A DNA stretch of 59,167 nt, filler included. It is 4 parts of 4 records of this genome, joined end to end, with 100 filler letters (N's around TTAATTAATTAA, not from the genome) between each part and the next. Parts side by side here need not be neighbours in the genome. Positions count along the whole stretch, not along the records: positions 18,784 to 27,879 come from SRR31156797_1256; positions 27,980 to 38,808 come from SRR31156797_1263; 2 more parts are not named here. One strand, 5' to 3'. The position numbers were made by a program, and so were the translations under genes. This document shows, piece after piece, positions 21,515-30,748 of the stretch. The notes beneath the pieces are model-generated. The model was not told where the DNA came from. It made no database searches and saw only the letters and a list, made by a program, of their open reading frames with translations. Positions within the stretch are counted from its first letter, which is position 1. Every line of letters starts with the position of its first letter.

Positions 21515-22801
21515 ATGATGAAACCATATATTTTAGCGCTAACCCTCTTATTGGTTGGCTGGAATGCTATTTCTGCTCAAAAAATTGTGGCTATTGAATA
21601 TAGTATTGATCAATTTGTTAGAGAAGGGGAAGGTACACGCATTGAAATAGACGAAAATTTATCTGAATTGGATGATACTTTTAGCTTTGATATTTCTAAA
21701 TTATCGCATGGAAACCACGTTGTTTACATTAGAGCACTGAATGACGGAGGGACTTGGGGATTACCGATATGTCAGAGTTTTTATATACAAAATCCACAAA
21801 GCCCTGTTTCCATAACAGAAATGGAGTACTCCATCGATGATTTTGTCCGTGAAGGAGAAGGGGAAGCTATATCTTTCGATGGCGATGAAACCTCTATCAA
21901 TTCAACAGTTGCTATTAGCACGCAAGATTTATCAAAAGGAAACCACAATTTATGGATACGATCTAAAAATGCTGATGGTAATTGGTCAATACCTATTCAA
22001 AGTAGCTTTTATGTTACACGAGCGGATGAAACTCTGATCAGTAAAATTTACTATCGATTTGCCGGAACTGATTTTAATGGCAATTGGCAGTCTATTTCAA
22101 TAGATCCTCATAGTAAAGAAGTAGATACTAACCTTGATTTCTCAATTATTGAACTTTTAAATGACAACAGCTATACTGCTGAAATTTATGCCCAAAACGA
22201 TATGGGAGTTCGAAGTTTTTCTGTTTTTACTAATGAATTTACAAAGAGAGTAAACCATGAACCTATTGCCAAATATGAATCACTAAATCTATCGCTCATG
22301 ATGGAGGAGATATTGGAAATTAGCCTAGACACTTTATTTAGCGATGAAGATATGACATATGGAGATACACTCAGCTACTCCATCGAAAATAAGTCTGACG
22401 TAGGAGGTAATTTTTTCAATTGGGATTCTGATTTAAAATTAAATTTCAATCCTCAACTTGGTGAAAATGGAACCTATTCTTACTGGGTGCATGCAACTGA
22501 TTCTAAAGAATCCTCTGATATAATTCAATTGAATATTGAGGTATCTAATACAGTTGGAATAGAAAGTTATGGTGTTACAAAACCGAAAATTGTTCCAAAT
22601 CCCAACAATGGAATATTCAAAATTGTTAATATTCCGAATGGAGACTTTACTATATCTGTTTATTCGATGGATGGTAAATTATTAAACTCTTTTAAAAATA
22701 TGAGTTCAATTGAGCTGTATGATTTATCGGAAGGAGTTTATTTAATTTATTTCAAGATTGATGAAATGATATTTAGAGAAAAAGTAATCATAAAACACTA
22801 A
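21515..22801 (+). CDS. T9SS type A sorting-domain protein with internal repeats
   Basis: Signal peptide, two EYSIDxFVREGEG repeats, Ig/cadherin-like segment, C-terminal PNPNNG...YSMDGK...LSEGVY...KVIIK. Confidence 0.82.
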   Translation: MMKPYILALTLLLVGWNAISAQKIVAIEYSIDQFVREGEGTRIEIDENLSELDDTFSFDISKLSHGNHVVYIRALNDGGTWGLPICQSFYIQNPQSPVSITEMEYSIDDFVREGEGEAISFDGDETSINSTVAISTQDLSKGNHNLWIRSKNADGNWSIPIQSSFYVTRADETLISKIYYRFAGTDFNGNWQSISIDPHSKEVDTNLDFSIIELLNDNSYTAEIYAQNDMGVRSFSVFTNEFTKRVNHEPIAKYESLNLSLMMEEILEISLDTLFSDEDMTYGDTLSYSIENKSDVGGNFFNWDSDLKLNFNPQLGENGTYSYWVHATDSKESSDIIQLNIEVSNTVGIESYGVTKPKIVPNPNNGIFKIVNIPNGDFTISVYSMDGKLLNSFKNMSSIELYDLSEGVYLIYFKIDEMIFREKVIIKH

Positions 22802-22856
22802 CTAACAATATGCATATTGAGTTTTTAATAACTCAATAAAGAATGATAATTTCAAA

Positions 22857-22896
22857 AAGCAGTAAAAGAATATGAACTTTCTTTTACTGCTTCTTT
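22857..22896 (+). terminator. Rho-independent terminator
   Basis: AAGCAGTAAAAGAA...TTCTTTTACTGCTT followed by T-rich tract. Confidence 0.75.
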
Positions 22897-23024
22897 GTTT
22901 TTGACATCATAACCTACAAAATAATTTCTGGCTCTCTTCTATCCTTTTTCCAAATTCATTGTTATTACAAAATCATTATTGTAATTTCAGATATCATTTA
23001 TTTTAAACCTCAAAACAATCAAGT

Positions 23025-23270
23025 ATGAAAAAATTAATTATCCCGGCCATCCTTGCCTTATTATTTACCACCAGTTGCGGCGGAAAAAAAACTTCAGAAA
23101 AGGAAACTACCAGCGAACCAGAAACAACAACTACTACAGAAACTACTGTATCTGAGGATTCAGAACTTAGTAGTATTAAAGATTCTGTTGTTGCTGAAAT
23201 TGAAGAAGCAAAAACAGACATTGAAGAATCTGTTGAAAAACTAGATAACGCATTGAACGAACTTAAATAA
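23025..23270 (+). CDS. Small acidic lipoprotein, unknown function
   Basis: MKK + hydrophobic core + TSC lipobox-like Cys; T/E-rich linker. Confidence 0.75.
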   Translation: MKKLIIPAILALLFTTSCGGKKTSEKETTSEPETTTTTETTVSEDSELSSIKDSVVAEIEEAKTDIEESVEKLDNALNELK

Positions 23271-23276
23271 AACACC

Positions 23277-23846
23277 ATGAAAAAATTATATCAAGCGATT
23301 GTACTGATTATATGCCTACTAGTAGCTGTTCCCGTAGTGACATCTGCTCAAAATGCACACAAAGAGCATAAAGAAAAACTGGAAAAGGAAAAACAAAAAG
23401 GAAAAGATAAAGCCAAAGAAGTACACGAACAAGGAAAGAAAGAGCACGATGATCTTAAAAAAGAAATGAAAGAGGAGAAAGAGAAAACAGAAAAAGATCT
23501 GAAAGAAAAAGAACAAAAAGGACATGCTTACGGTAAAGACAAAGGCGAACTAAAAGGCAAAGAGTTTGGACAAGAAAGAGCCCGCCAGGCTAAAATGATG
23601 AGAGAAGAAAAGCAAAAAGAACTTAACGCAACAGTTTCGAACAGCGAAGAAAAAGTTGCTCATGCCAAAGAAAAGATCAAAGCGTCAAAGGAAAAACTAG
23701 AAAAAGAAAAGGAAAGTATCTCCAAAGATGAAGCAAAAGAGAGACAAGAAAAAATTGAAAAAGCTGAAGAAGCGGTTAAAGTTCTGGAAGAAAAAGTAAA
23801 AAAAGCCAAAGAACGAAAATTAGCTCCCGAAGAGGAAATAGAATAA
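23277..23846 (+). CDS. Secreted Lys/Glu-rich coiled-coil protein, unknown function
   Basis: Signal peptide then low-complexity K/E sequence containing KGHAYGK. Confidence 0.72.
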   Translation: MKKLYQAIVLIICLLVAVPVVTSAQNAHKEHKEKLEKEKQKGKDKAKEVHEQGKKEHDDLKKEMKEEKEKTEKDLKEKEQKGHAYGKDKGELKGKEFGQERARQAKMMREEKQKELNATVSNSEEKVAHAKEKIKASKEKLEKEKESISKDEAKERQEKIEKAEEAVKVLEEKVKKAKERKLAPEEEIE

Positions 23847-23857
23847 AAAATTCAATT

Positions 23858-23888
23858 AAAAGCATTTCTATCACAGAAGTGCTTTTTT
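23858..23888. terminator. Bidirectional terminator between convergent genes
   Basis: AAAAGCATTTCT...AGAAGTGCTTTT. Confidence 0.7.
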
Positions 23889-23914
23889 ATTTCATTACTA
23901 TTGATAGATAAAGC

Positions 23915-24450
23915 CTATAACAGCGAAAGCAAATACCAAATACCGACACACCCAATAAATGAAAGCAACAGTACCATAAAAAGAGTTATAAAAACTTTCT
24001 TAGGTGTTATCTTATATCGAGAAATTCCATGGGTTGTAAAGCTCGTCCTTAAATCAATAAAAAACTTGTCATAATCGGCAATATACTGAGACGATCTACA
24101 CGGGAATATTCTAATTTTTTCACCATTACTTAAACGCAATTTTATTACTTGTCTTGATACACCTGAATTTAAAGGATGCCCTCTAACCAGCTCATATGAA
24201 TCAATATCTTTATAGGGTAATTATTGATTATCAATCCACCTTTTTCGGTCTCTAAAATTTTAACTTCTAACAATTTCCAGAAAATAAATTTACGAACTAA
24301 GTAAACCAAAACAATAATTGCTAAAATTACTAATGCAGGATGGTGTATGTTCCCCCAAAGTATGACCAAGAAAACATATAGAATTGCATATACATTTATG
24401 GTTATACCAAGGACAAAAGGATTTCTAATAATATGAAACTTGTAATTCAT
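23915..24450 (-). pseudogene. Frameshifted membrane-protein gene (two ORF-track pieces)
   Basis: Frame of 23915..24139 is open upstream to ~24220 (LPYKDIDSYELVRGHPLNSG...), overlapping the tail of 24169..24450; a single shift joins them. Confidence 0.55.
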
Positions 24451-24556
24451 TTTATGGAGTTTGGGTTAAGTATTATTCATTATGACAAATAACGCCATAA
24501 TTATCCTTGAATAAAAGAATCGATATTTAAAAAACTTCTAAAAAATGACTGTTTCC

Positions 24557-25243
24557 TCACCCATGTTCCGAGATTTGCTTTAGCTTTTCATAGGCTACAA
24601 TCTCAATTAACTTTCCATATATTTTAATGATCCCATCTTTTCTGAATTCTGTAAGCGCACGAATTACATTTTCCGTGGTCATACCAATATATTCAGCAAT
24701 TTCTTTGCGGCTTACGGGCAATTCAAAATCTTTTTTCCCATAAATATCATCGGCAAAATGAAGTAAAACATAAGCAATCCGGCCTCTTAAATTACGCCGT
24801 CTGATTTCTAAAGATTCATGAATGACTGCATCGCTTACTGTATTCATTTTTTCAATAATACTCATCGCAAAATCCCCATTTTCCAATATCAAATTCCGCA
24901 CATTTGCAATGGAGATATTGCAAGTAGTAGATTCTTCCAAAGCCATAACTGAATAGCTGTATTTTTTTTGCGAAAAAAGACTTAGTAAACTAACAAAATC
25001 AAAAGGTTTAGCGAAGGACAGGATTTGTTCTTTACCATTATCGTTAGTCACAAAAAGTTTTACCAAACCGCTTTTTAAATAAATAAAATCCTCAATATAA
25101 CGTCCTTCTTCAATAATATAATCTCCCCTGCTATAATTACGCTCAATCCGGCTCGAACAAAGACTGTTTAATTGATCGGTAGAAACATTTTTAAAAAACA
25201 ATTCCTTTAATTCACATGCTTCACAGCTACATTCCAGACTCAT
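24557..25243 (-). CDS. Crp/Fnr family transcriptional regulator with N-terminal cysteines
   Basis: cNMP-binding fold (LKSGLVKL..GKEQIL), HTH SRKEIAEYIGMTTENVIR; Cys5, 7, 10, 29. Confidence 0.92.
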   Translation of the reverse strand: MSLECSCEACELKELFFKNVSTDQLNSLCSSRIERNYSRGDYIIEEGRYIEDFIYLKSGLVKLFVTNDNGKEQILSFAKPFDFVSLLSLFSQKKYSYSVMALEESTTCNISIANVRNLILENGDFAMSIIEKMNTVSDAVIHESLEIRRRNLRGRIAYVLLHFADDIYGKKDFELPVSRKEIAEYIGMTTENVIRALTEFRKDGIIKIYGKLIEIVAYEKLKQISEHG

Positions 25244-25247
25244 ATAC

Positions 25248-25294
25248 TTGACTTATATCACATTATTTTAATCTCCCCAATTGATATATATCAT
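25248..25294. promoter_or_regulatory. Two FNR-box-like sites
   Basis: TTGACTTATATCAC (25248-25261) and TTGATATATATCAT (25281-25294) versus TTGAT-N4-ATCAA. Confidence 0.6.
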
Positions 25295-25536
25295 AAACTG
25301 ATATTTATTACCATCATCACCTAATGGCATCCCAAACCCTTGTATTAACTTACATATGTAATTCGGAACCAGGAGTTGACCATGTACCAAAATGGTTAAA
25401 TATGAAAGTGAGGGATACCTTTCTAAATTACATAAAAAAACAGCATTATTAAAAGAAATCTATCGCTCACTTTTCTATCTCCCTTCTCACCTTCTTTTTA
25501 AAAGAGAAACATATTAATCTATATAAAAATCGAATT

Positions 25537-26775
25537 ATGAAGAAGATAGTCATATTGGGAGGAGGAACTGCCGGCACAATGATGGCCAATAAATTAAGAA
25601 ATGCCCTCGAAAAGGAAGAATGGGATATCACGGTAGTGGATAAGCATCGCACGCATTATTATCAACCGGGATTTTTATTTATTCCCTTTGGTATTTACCA
25701 CAAAAAGGATGTCATCAAACCTAAAAGCAATTTTTTTCCATCGGGTGTAAAGGTAATGTACACCGGAATTGATCGAATTGATGCCGAACAAAACAAGGTG
25801 TTACTGGAAGGCGGAAAGGTATTGCAATACGATTTTTTAATTATAGCCACAGGTACTAAAACCAATCCTGACGAAACACCCGGATTAAAAGAACAATTGT
25901 GGTATAAAGACATTTTTGACTTTTATACCATTGAAGGCGCACTGGCCTTACAAAAACACTTTAAAAGCTGGACAGGTGGAAAATTAGTCATGGCTATTTC
26001 CGAAATTCCTTATAAATGTCCGGTGGCACCGCTTGAGTTCGTTTTTCTGGCAGAAGAATTTTTTACTAAAAAAGGCATTCGGGATATAGTAGATATTACC
26101 ATTGTTACGCCGATGGCTGGTGTATTTACCAAACCCATTGCCACCAAAATGTTATCCGATCTACTGGAAGAAAAAAATATAAATGTTGTAGCCGACTTTT
26201 ACATTGAGAAAGTGGACAATGAAAAGAAGGCCCTTATCTCATACGATGAACGCGAGGTTCCGTTTGATACGCTAACCATTGTTCCGGTAAATATGGGCGA
26301 TGCCATGATTGAACGCAGTGGATTGGGAGACGATCTTAACTTTGCATTTACTGATAAACACACCCTGCGTCACCGCGATTTTGAAAACATATTTGTATTG
26401 GGTGATGCGGCCAATATTCCAACCTCTAAAGCCGGTTCAGTGGCACACTTTGCTTCGGAAATTTTGTTTGACAATTTAATGAATGCCATTGAAGGTCGTC
26501 CTTTAACCGCTTCATTCGACGGGCATGCCAACTGCTACATTGAAACAGGGTATGGAAAAGGTGCACTGATCGATTTCAATTATGAAACCGAGCCACTGCC
26601 AGGTACATTTCCACTACCCGGAATTGGCCCCTTTGGATTACTCAAAAACACCAAAGTCAATCACTATGGTAAAATCATGTTCCGCTGGATTTACTGGCAT
26701 CTTTTATTAAAAGGAAAAGAATTGCCTATTGAAGCTGATATGACCATGGCCGGCAAAAAACGTGTAACCTTTTAA
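25537..26775 (+). CDS. sqr: Sulfide:quinone oxidoreductase-family flavoprotein (type III-like)
   Basis: ILGGGTAG, YYQPGFLFIPFG, KCPVAPLEF, GDA..IPTSKAGSVAHF, FDGHANCYIETG. Confidence 0.87.
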   Translation: MKKIVILGGGTAGTMMANKLRNALEKEEWDITVVDKHRTHYYQPGFLFIPFGIYHKKDVIKPKSNFFPSGVKVMYTGIDRIDAEQNKVLLEGGKVLQYDFLIIATGTKTNPDETPGLKEQLWYKDIFDFYTIEGALALQKHFKSWTGGKLVMAISEIPYKCPVAPLEFVFLAEEFFTKKGIRDIVDITIVTPMAGVFTKPIATKMLSDLLEEKNINVVADFYIEKVDNEKKALISYDEREVPFDTLTIVPVNMGDAMIERSGLGDDLNFAFTDKHTLRHRDFENIFVLGDAANIPTSKAGSVAHFASEILFDNLMNAIEGRPLTASFDGHANCYIETGYGKGALIDFNYETEPLPGTFPLPGIGPFGLLKNTKVNHYGKIMFRWIYWHLLLKGKELPIEADMTMAGKKRVTF

Positions 26776-26783
26776 ATCGCACC

Positions 26784-27449
26784 ATGATGAATGAGCAACA
26801 TATACAAGAGCAAATTAATATGCTCAATCAAAAAATGGATTTGGTTTTGGACACGCTTCACCAGCAAAACCAAAAGGCCGAAAGTGTTGAAGACCTTATT
26901 GCCGACCTTCAGATTGTGGGTAAAGATATGTACGATTCTGCCGTTGTTGAACTGGAAAACCAGCGCGTTGAGTTAGATATTGAAGAGGTAAAGTTATTAG
27001 GCATTAAACTGCTTCATAATGTGAATAATATTTCAGAAATCATTACGCTTTTCGAGAGTTCGGTTGACTTTGTAAAAGACGCTGCCCCTCTGGCTCGGGA
27101 ATCGATTATTGATTTGACTCACAAACTTCACGAGTTTGAGCAAAAAGGCTACTTCGAATTCTTTAAAGAATCGCTTAAAATACTTGATAACGTTGTGGCC
27201 AACTTTAGCAAAGAAGATGTAAGCTTATTGGCCGACAACATTGTAACCATAGTTAATACCATTAAAAATTTAACGCAACCTGAAATGATGCAATCGTTTC
27301 AGAATGCTTTAAAAGTTTACCAAAGTCTGGAAATTAAAAACGCCCCTGAGATCTCTGTTTTTAAATTAATAAGAGAGCTGAATAAACCCGATATGAAAAA
27401 GGCCATGGGCTTCATGGTCATGTTTATGAAGAATATTTCAAAAGAATAA
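26784..27449 (+). CDS. DUF1641-like helical protein
   Basis: All-helical; C-terminal SVFKLIRELNKPDMKKAMGFM pattern; position after sqr. Confidence 0.75.
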   Translation: MMNEQHIQEQINMLNQKMDLVLDTLHQQNQKAESVEDLIADLQIVGKDMYDSAVVELENQRVELDIEEVKLLGIKLLHNVNNISEIITLFESSVDFVKDAAPLARESIIDLTHKLHEFEQKGYFEFFKESLKILDNVVANFSKEDVSLLADNIVTIVNTIKNLTQPEMMQSFQNALKVYQSLEIKNAPEISVFKLIRELNKPDMKKAMGFMVMFMKNISKE

Positions 27450-27470
27450 TAACCCATAAAATATTAAGTC

Positions 27471-27782
27471 ATGGAACAAAAAATATATGCAGACAAAACC
27501 GTTGATGTAAACAACGAAGGTTACTTAACAAATCCTGATCAATGGGACAAAGATGTGGCTAATGCTATTGCTGAAGAAATTGGCATTTCCCTAAGCGATA
27601 AACATTTTGAAGTATTGGACTACTTGCGAGAAAAATTTAAAGCCGGTGAAGTGCTGACCATAAGAAAAGTGGGTAAATCAGGTATTACCGATATTAAAGG
27701 ATTATACAAACTATTCCCTGGAGGCCCATTAAAATACGCCTCTAAAATAGCCGGTATTCCTAAACCTGCCAGCTGCGTTTAA
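27471..27782 (+). CDS. TusE/DsrC-family sulfur relay protein (single C-terminal Cys)
   Basis: VNNEGYL..P..W, LYKLFPGGP, KIAGIPKPASCV; Ser at the DsrC second-Cys position. Confidence 0.9.
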   Translation: MEQKIYADKTVDVNNEGYLTNPDQWDKDVANAIAEEIGISLSDKHFEVLDYLREKFKAGEVLTIRKVGKSGITDIKGLYKLFPGGPLKYASKIAGIPKPASCV

Positions 27783-27879
27783 CTTATCTGGCATAAAGCC
27801 TTTTGAAGAAGTGACACTTTTGGCTGTGTCTCCGACATCAGCAATGCAACTTGGGACCCACTTTTCTTTATTTTGAAAA

Positions 27880-27979
27880 NNNNNNNNNNNNNNNNNNNNN
27901 NNNNNNNNNNNNNNNNNNNNNNNTTAATTAATTAANNNNNNNNNNNNNNNNNNNNNNNNNNNNNNNNNNNNNNNNNNNN
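27880..27979. other. Artificial contig linker
   Basis: N44-TTAATTAATTAA-N44. Confidence 0.97.
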
Positions 27980-28054
27980 TGGCTGAAACCACACCCCTGC
28001 TAAGGGTGCGTACCTTCACGGGTACCGAGGGTTCGAATCCCTCTCTGTCCGCCA
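27980..28054 (+). tRNA. tRNA-Ser(GCT), 5' end truncated by contig start
   Basis: Anticodon arm CACCC-CTGCTAA-GGGTG, long variable arm GTACC-TTCAC-GGGTAC, T-arm GAGGG-TTCGAAT-CCCTC, GCCA end. Confidence 0.93.
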
Positions 28055-28136
28055 CTTATAATTAAAAAACTCTTAAATAAATCTATAATATTCTTAACAT
28101 AGAAGATACTAAACTAATTTTTTAAGTCCTAGATTC

Positions 28137-28805
28137 TTAGAGTAACTTCACCCCAACATGCCGTTTACTATCAATAATATCACACTCAAATACTAATCGG
28201 AGTCTATAAACAATGGTTCGTATAGTAGATTCACTTGGTTTCTCATCTGGATAGAGTAGGTTTTCTAATTTTTCAAAAGGAACATATTCTCCTCTAAAAC
28301 AGATCAGTAATTTTAAAAGTTCTAGTTTCTTTCCAGATACTTTTATATGTTTTTGATTATGAAATAATACCTCTTCAAGCATATCAAAAACATAGCCATG
28401 GCTAAGATCTGCAAATCTATTTTTTTCTAGTTCATTTTGTATCTTTTGTGATGCTATTGTTAAGATGGCGTTGAGCTCTTCATAGTTTATAGGTTTTGTA
28501 AGATAGCCTATAGGTACAGTTTTTGCAGCTTTTAGGATAGTTTGTTGATCACTATAGGCTGTTATGTAGATCACATCGATATCTTTACTTAAAGAGTTTA
28601 CAATATCTATGCCTGTTGCTGTATCATTGAGGTTGATATCTACGATAAGTAAATTGATCTCAGGATGCTTTGCTAAGAGAGTGTATACTTCATCAAAGCT
28701 TCCCACATAGTCTATAACGTTTGCTCCAAACTTTTCAACTTTTTTTGTTATGTTAAGCCCTATGATACTTTCATCTTCTACTATTAAAATATGTAAATTT
28801 TTCAT
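28137..28805 (-). CDS. DNA-binding response regulator (receiver + winged helix)
   Basis: ILIVEDE, LLIVDINL, YITAYSD, YLTKP; C-terminal TIRTIVYRLR...RHVGVKL. Confidence 0.9.
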   Translation of the reverse strand: MKNLHILIVEDESIIGLNITKKVEKFGANVIDYVGSFDEVYTLLAKHPEINLLIVDINLNDTATGIDIVNSLSKDIDVIYITAYSDQQTILKAAKTVPIGYLTKPINYEELNAILTIASQKIQNELEKNRFADLSHGYVFDMLEEVLFHNQKHIKVSGKKLELLKLLICFRGEYVPFEKLENLLYPDEKPSESTIRTIVYRLRLVFECDIIDSKRHVGVKLL

Positions 28806-30622
28806 TTGCTTTGCCTAAGCCCAGAGGTGATAATAGTTTTTGTACCAGTATTGGTTTCAATATCTATTGTTCCTTTGAGTTGTTTTTTGACCAAGGTTTC
28901 TACAATAGTTGAGCCTAAGTTTTTCTTTGCTGTTTTTTTATATCCTATGCCGTTGTCTTCAACTATAAAATATAAGTTTTCTTGCTCTTGATAGAGTTGT
29001 ATATCTATTGTACCTTTATTTGTAAAAGCATGTTTAAATGAGTTTGTTACTAGTTCATTTAAAATGAGCCCATAATAGATGAGGAGTTCTTCTTTAACTT
29101 TTGTACGTATATCATAAGAGATAGTGATATTAAGCTCAAACTGCTCTTTGATCTTTTTAACTATCTCTTCAAAGTAGTTTTCGGTGGTTTGTAATGAGTG
29201 GTTTTGATCTACTAATAAGAGTTGATACATCTTAGCAAAGGAGTTGATCCTACTTGTGGTATTATGAAGTTCAGTTTGTACTAGTTCAGAACTTGATTCT
29301 AATATCTGTAGATCAAGTAAAGAGACTATAAAGGTGAGATTATTTTTGACTCTATGTTGTAACTCTTGATAGAGAATCTCTTTCTCTTCAATGGTTAGTT
29401 CAAGTTCTTGAGTTCGAAGTGCGATCAATTCTTCTAATCGTTTTTGTTCATCTTTTTGTAGCTCAAAGAGTTTTTGATTGAGTTTTGTTTTTTCATAATC
29501 AAGTCTTTTAATACGATAAGCAATAGCAATAGAAAATATAAATACTTCAAAAGTAAAGGCAAGTTCAGTGGTTCGTCTAAAATAATCAAATATATTAAAT
29601 ATCCCTAGAGATTGAAGTATAGCAAAGATAAGAGTTAGAAGTACAAATCCCCACCCAATAAGATAAAGTAGGGCTTCTTTTATTCCTGATTTATAGGAGT
29701 AGTATCCAGCAAGGAGCATAAGGACGATAAGTGGTAAAAGAAGCACTAGGGCATCTAGATCAAATAAAAAGTTATCATATCCTAAGAGAGCGATAATAGG
29801 AAAGATATAAAGATAGACTCGTAAGCCTACATATATCTTGTGGTTTATTTTTTCTATTTGTAATAGTTTTTCAGTAAAAAGGATCATAGGTATTAAAAGT
29901 AATAGAACACTTATTAAAGTAGCTTTTGTTATAAAAATAGTAACTTCATTGGAGAAAAAATAAATTTGTCCAATTCCTAGATAGATAAATTCAAATACTA
30001 TAACACCAAAAAGATATAGGGTATAATAAAAATAAACGATATCTTTTGTAAAAAGATAGATGATAAAGTTATACAATAATAGTGTTAGAAAAATAGTAAA
30101 AAAAGCCATGATAAAAAGCTTTTCTTTTATATCGTAGTTATAAAAATCTTTTGGTGACCAAAGGGTGAGTTTTGCTATTAAAGCGGTAGTTTTACTATGA
30201 GCACTGATGAGGTACTCTTTTGTTTCATTTGGCTGAAGTTGAAGAGTGAAAGTTGGTCGAATGGAGCTTCTTGTATGGTAAAAAAGTCCATCTTTATAAG
30301 ATCTGGTTTGATCATATAGTATTACTTCTTCAGGTTTTATATTTGCATATTCTAGTATTTTTGTAAGTGGTTTATCTGTTGTATTGTGTAAAGAGAACTT
30401 GATCCATATAGTTTTATGGGGGATAATCCCAAAGTTAATAGAATCTGTTTTTATAGCTCGAAACTCTTTTTGAAGTACCTCTTGTCTTGAAAGTTTACTA
30501 GTATCACCAACAAATATATGGCTATGTTGAAGAAGTTGGAGTTCAGAGGTTTTGTGATCAATTTCTATTGCATAAATGTTAGAAATGAATAAAATAGGAA
30601 ATAAAATAAAATATCTATACAT
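28802..30622 (-). CDS. 7TM-DISM-type sensor histidine kinase (HisKA_2-like)
   Basis: Periplasmic domain, ~7 TM helices, ELQHRVKNNL H-box, NELVTNSFKHAF, VEDNGIG. Confidence 0.88.
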   Translation of the reverse strand: MYRYFILFPILFISNIYAIEIDHKTSELQLLQHSHIFVGDTSKLSRQEVLQKEFRAIKTDSINFGIIPHKTIWIKFSLHNTTDKPLTKILEYANIKPEEVILYDQTRSYKDGLFYHTRSSIRPTFTLQLQPNETKEYLISAHSKTTALIAKLTLWSPKDFYNYDIKEKLFIMAFFTIFLTLLLYNFIIYLFTKDIVYFYYTLYLFGVIVFEFIYLGIGQIYFFSNEVTIFITKATLISVLLLLIPMILFTEKLLQIEKINHKIYVGLRVYLYIFPIIALLGYDNFLFDLDALVLLLPLIVLMLLAGYYSYKSGIKEALLYLIGWGFVLLTLIFAILQSLGIFNIFDYFRRTTELAFTFEVFIFSIAIAYRIKRLDYEKTKLNQKLFELQKDEQKRLEELIALRTQELELTIEEKEILYQELQHRVKNNLTFIVSLLDLQILESSSELVQTELHNTTSRINSFAKMYQLLLVDQNHSLQTTENYFEEIVKKIKEQFELNITISYDIRTKVKEELLIYYGLILNELVTNSFKHAFTNKGTIDIQLYQEQENLYFIVEDNGIGYKKTAKKNLGSTIVETLVKKQLKGTIDIETNTGTKTIITSGLRQSK

Positions 30623-30684
30623 ACTTCTAATAATATCTAAATTTTCTTTGTACTAAAGCTAAATAATTTAAATTTTTACTAAGG

Positions 30685-30704
30685 TGTGACGTTACTGTGA
30701 CGTT
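30685..30704 (+). promoter_or_regulatory. Perfect 9-bp direct repeat, probable response-regulator site
   Basis: TGTGACGTT at 30685-30693 and 30696-30704 (11-bp period), just upstream of TAGAAT at 30712-30717. Confidence 0.65.
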
Positions 30705-30748
30705 GTTTTTGTAGAATTCCACAAAATTTATTTTATCAAAACTAAGGA

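Noticed and set aside
23277-23846. A-rich stretch as a DNA tandem repeat
   Set aside because: Explained by Lys/Glu codons; no fixed repeat unit
27471-27782. DsrC as evidence of dissimilatory sulfite reduction
   Set aside because: Lacks the second conserved Cys (YASKIAG) and has no dsrAB context; it is on the Bacteroidota contig
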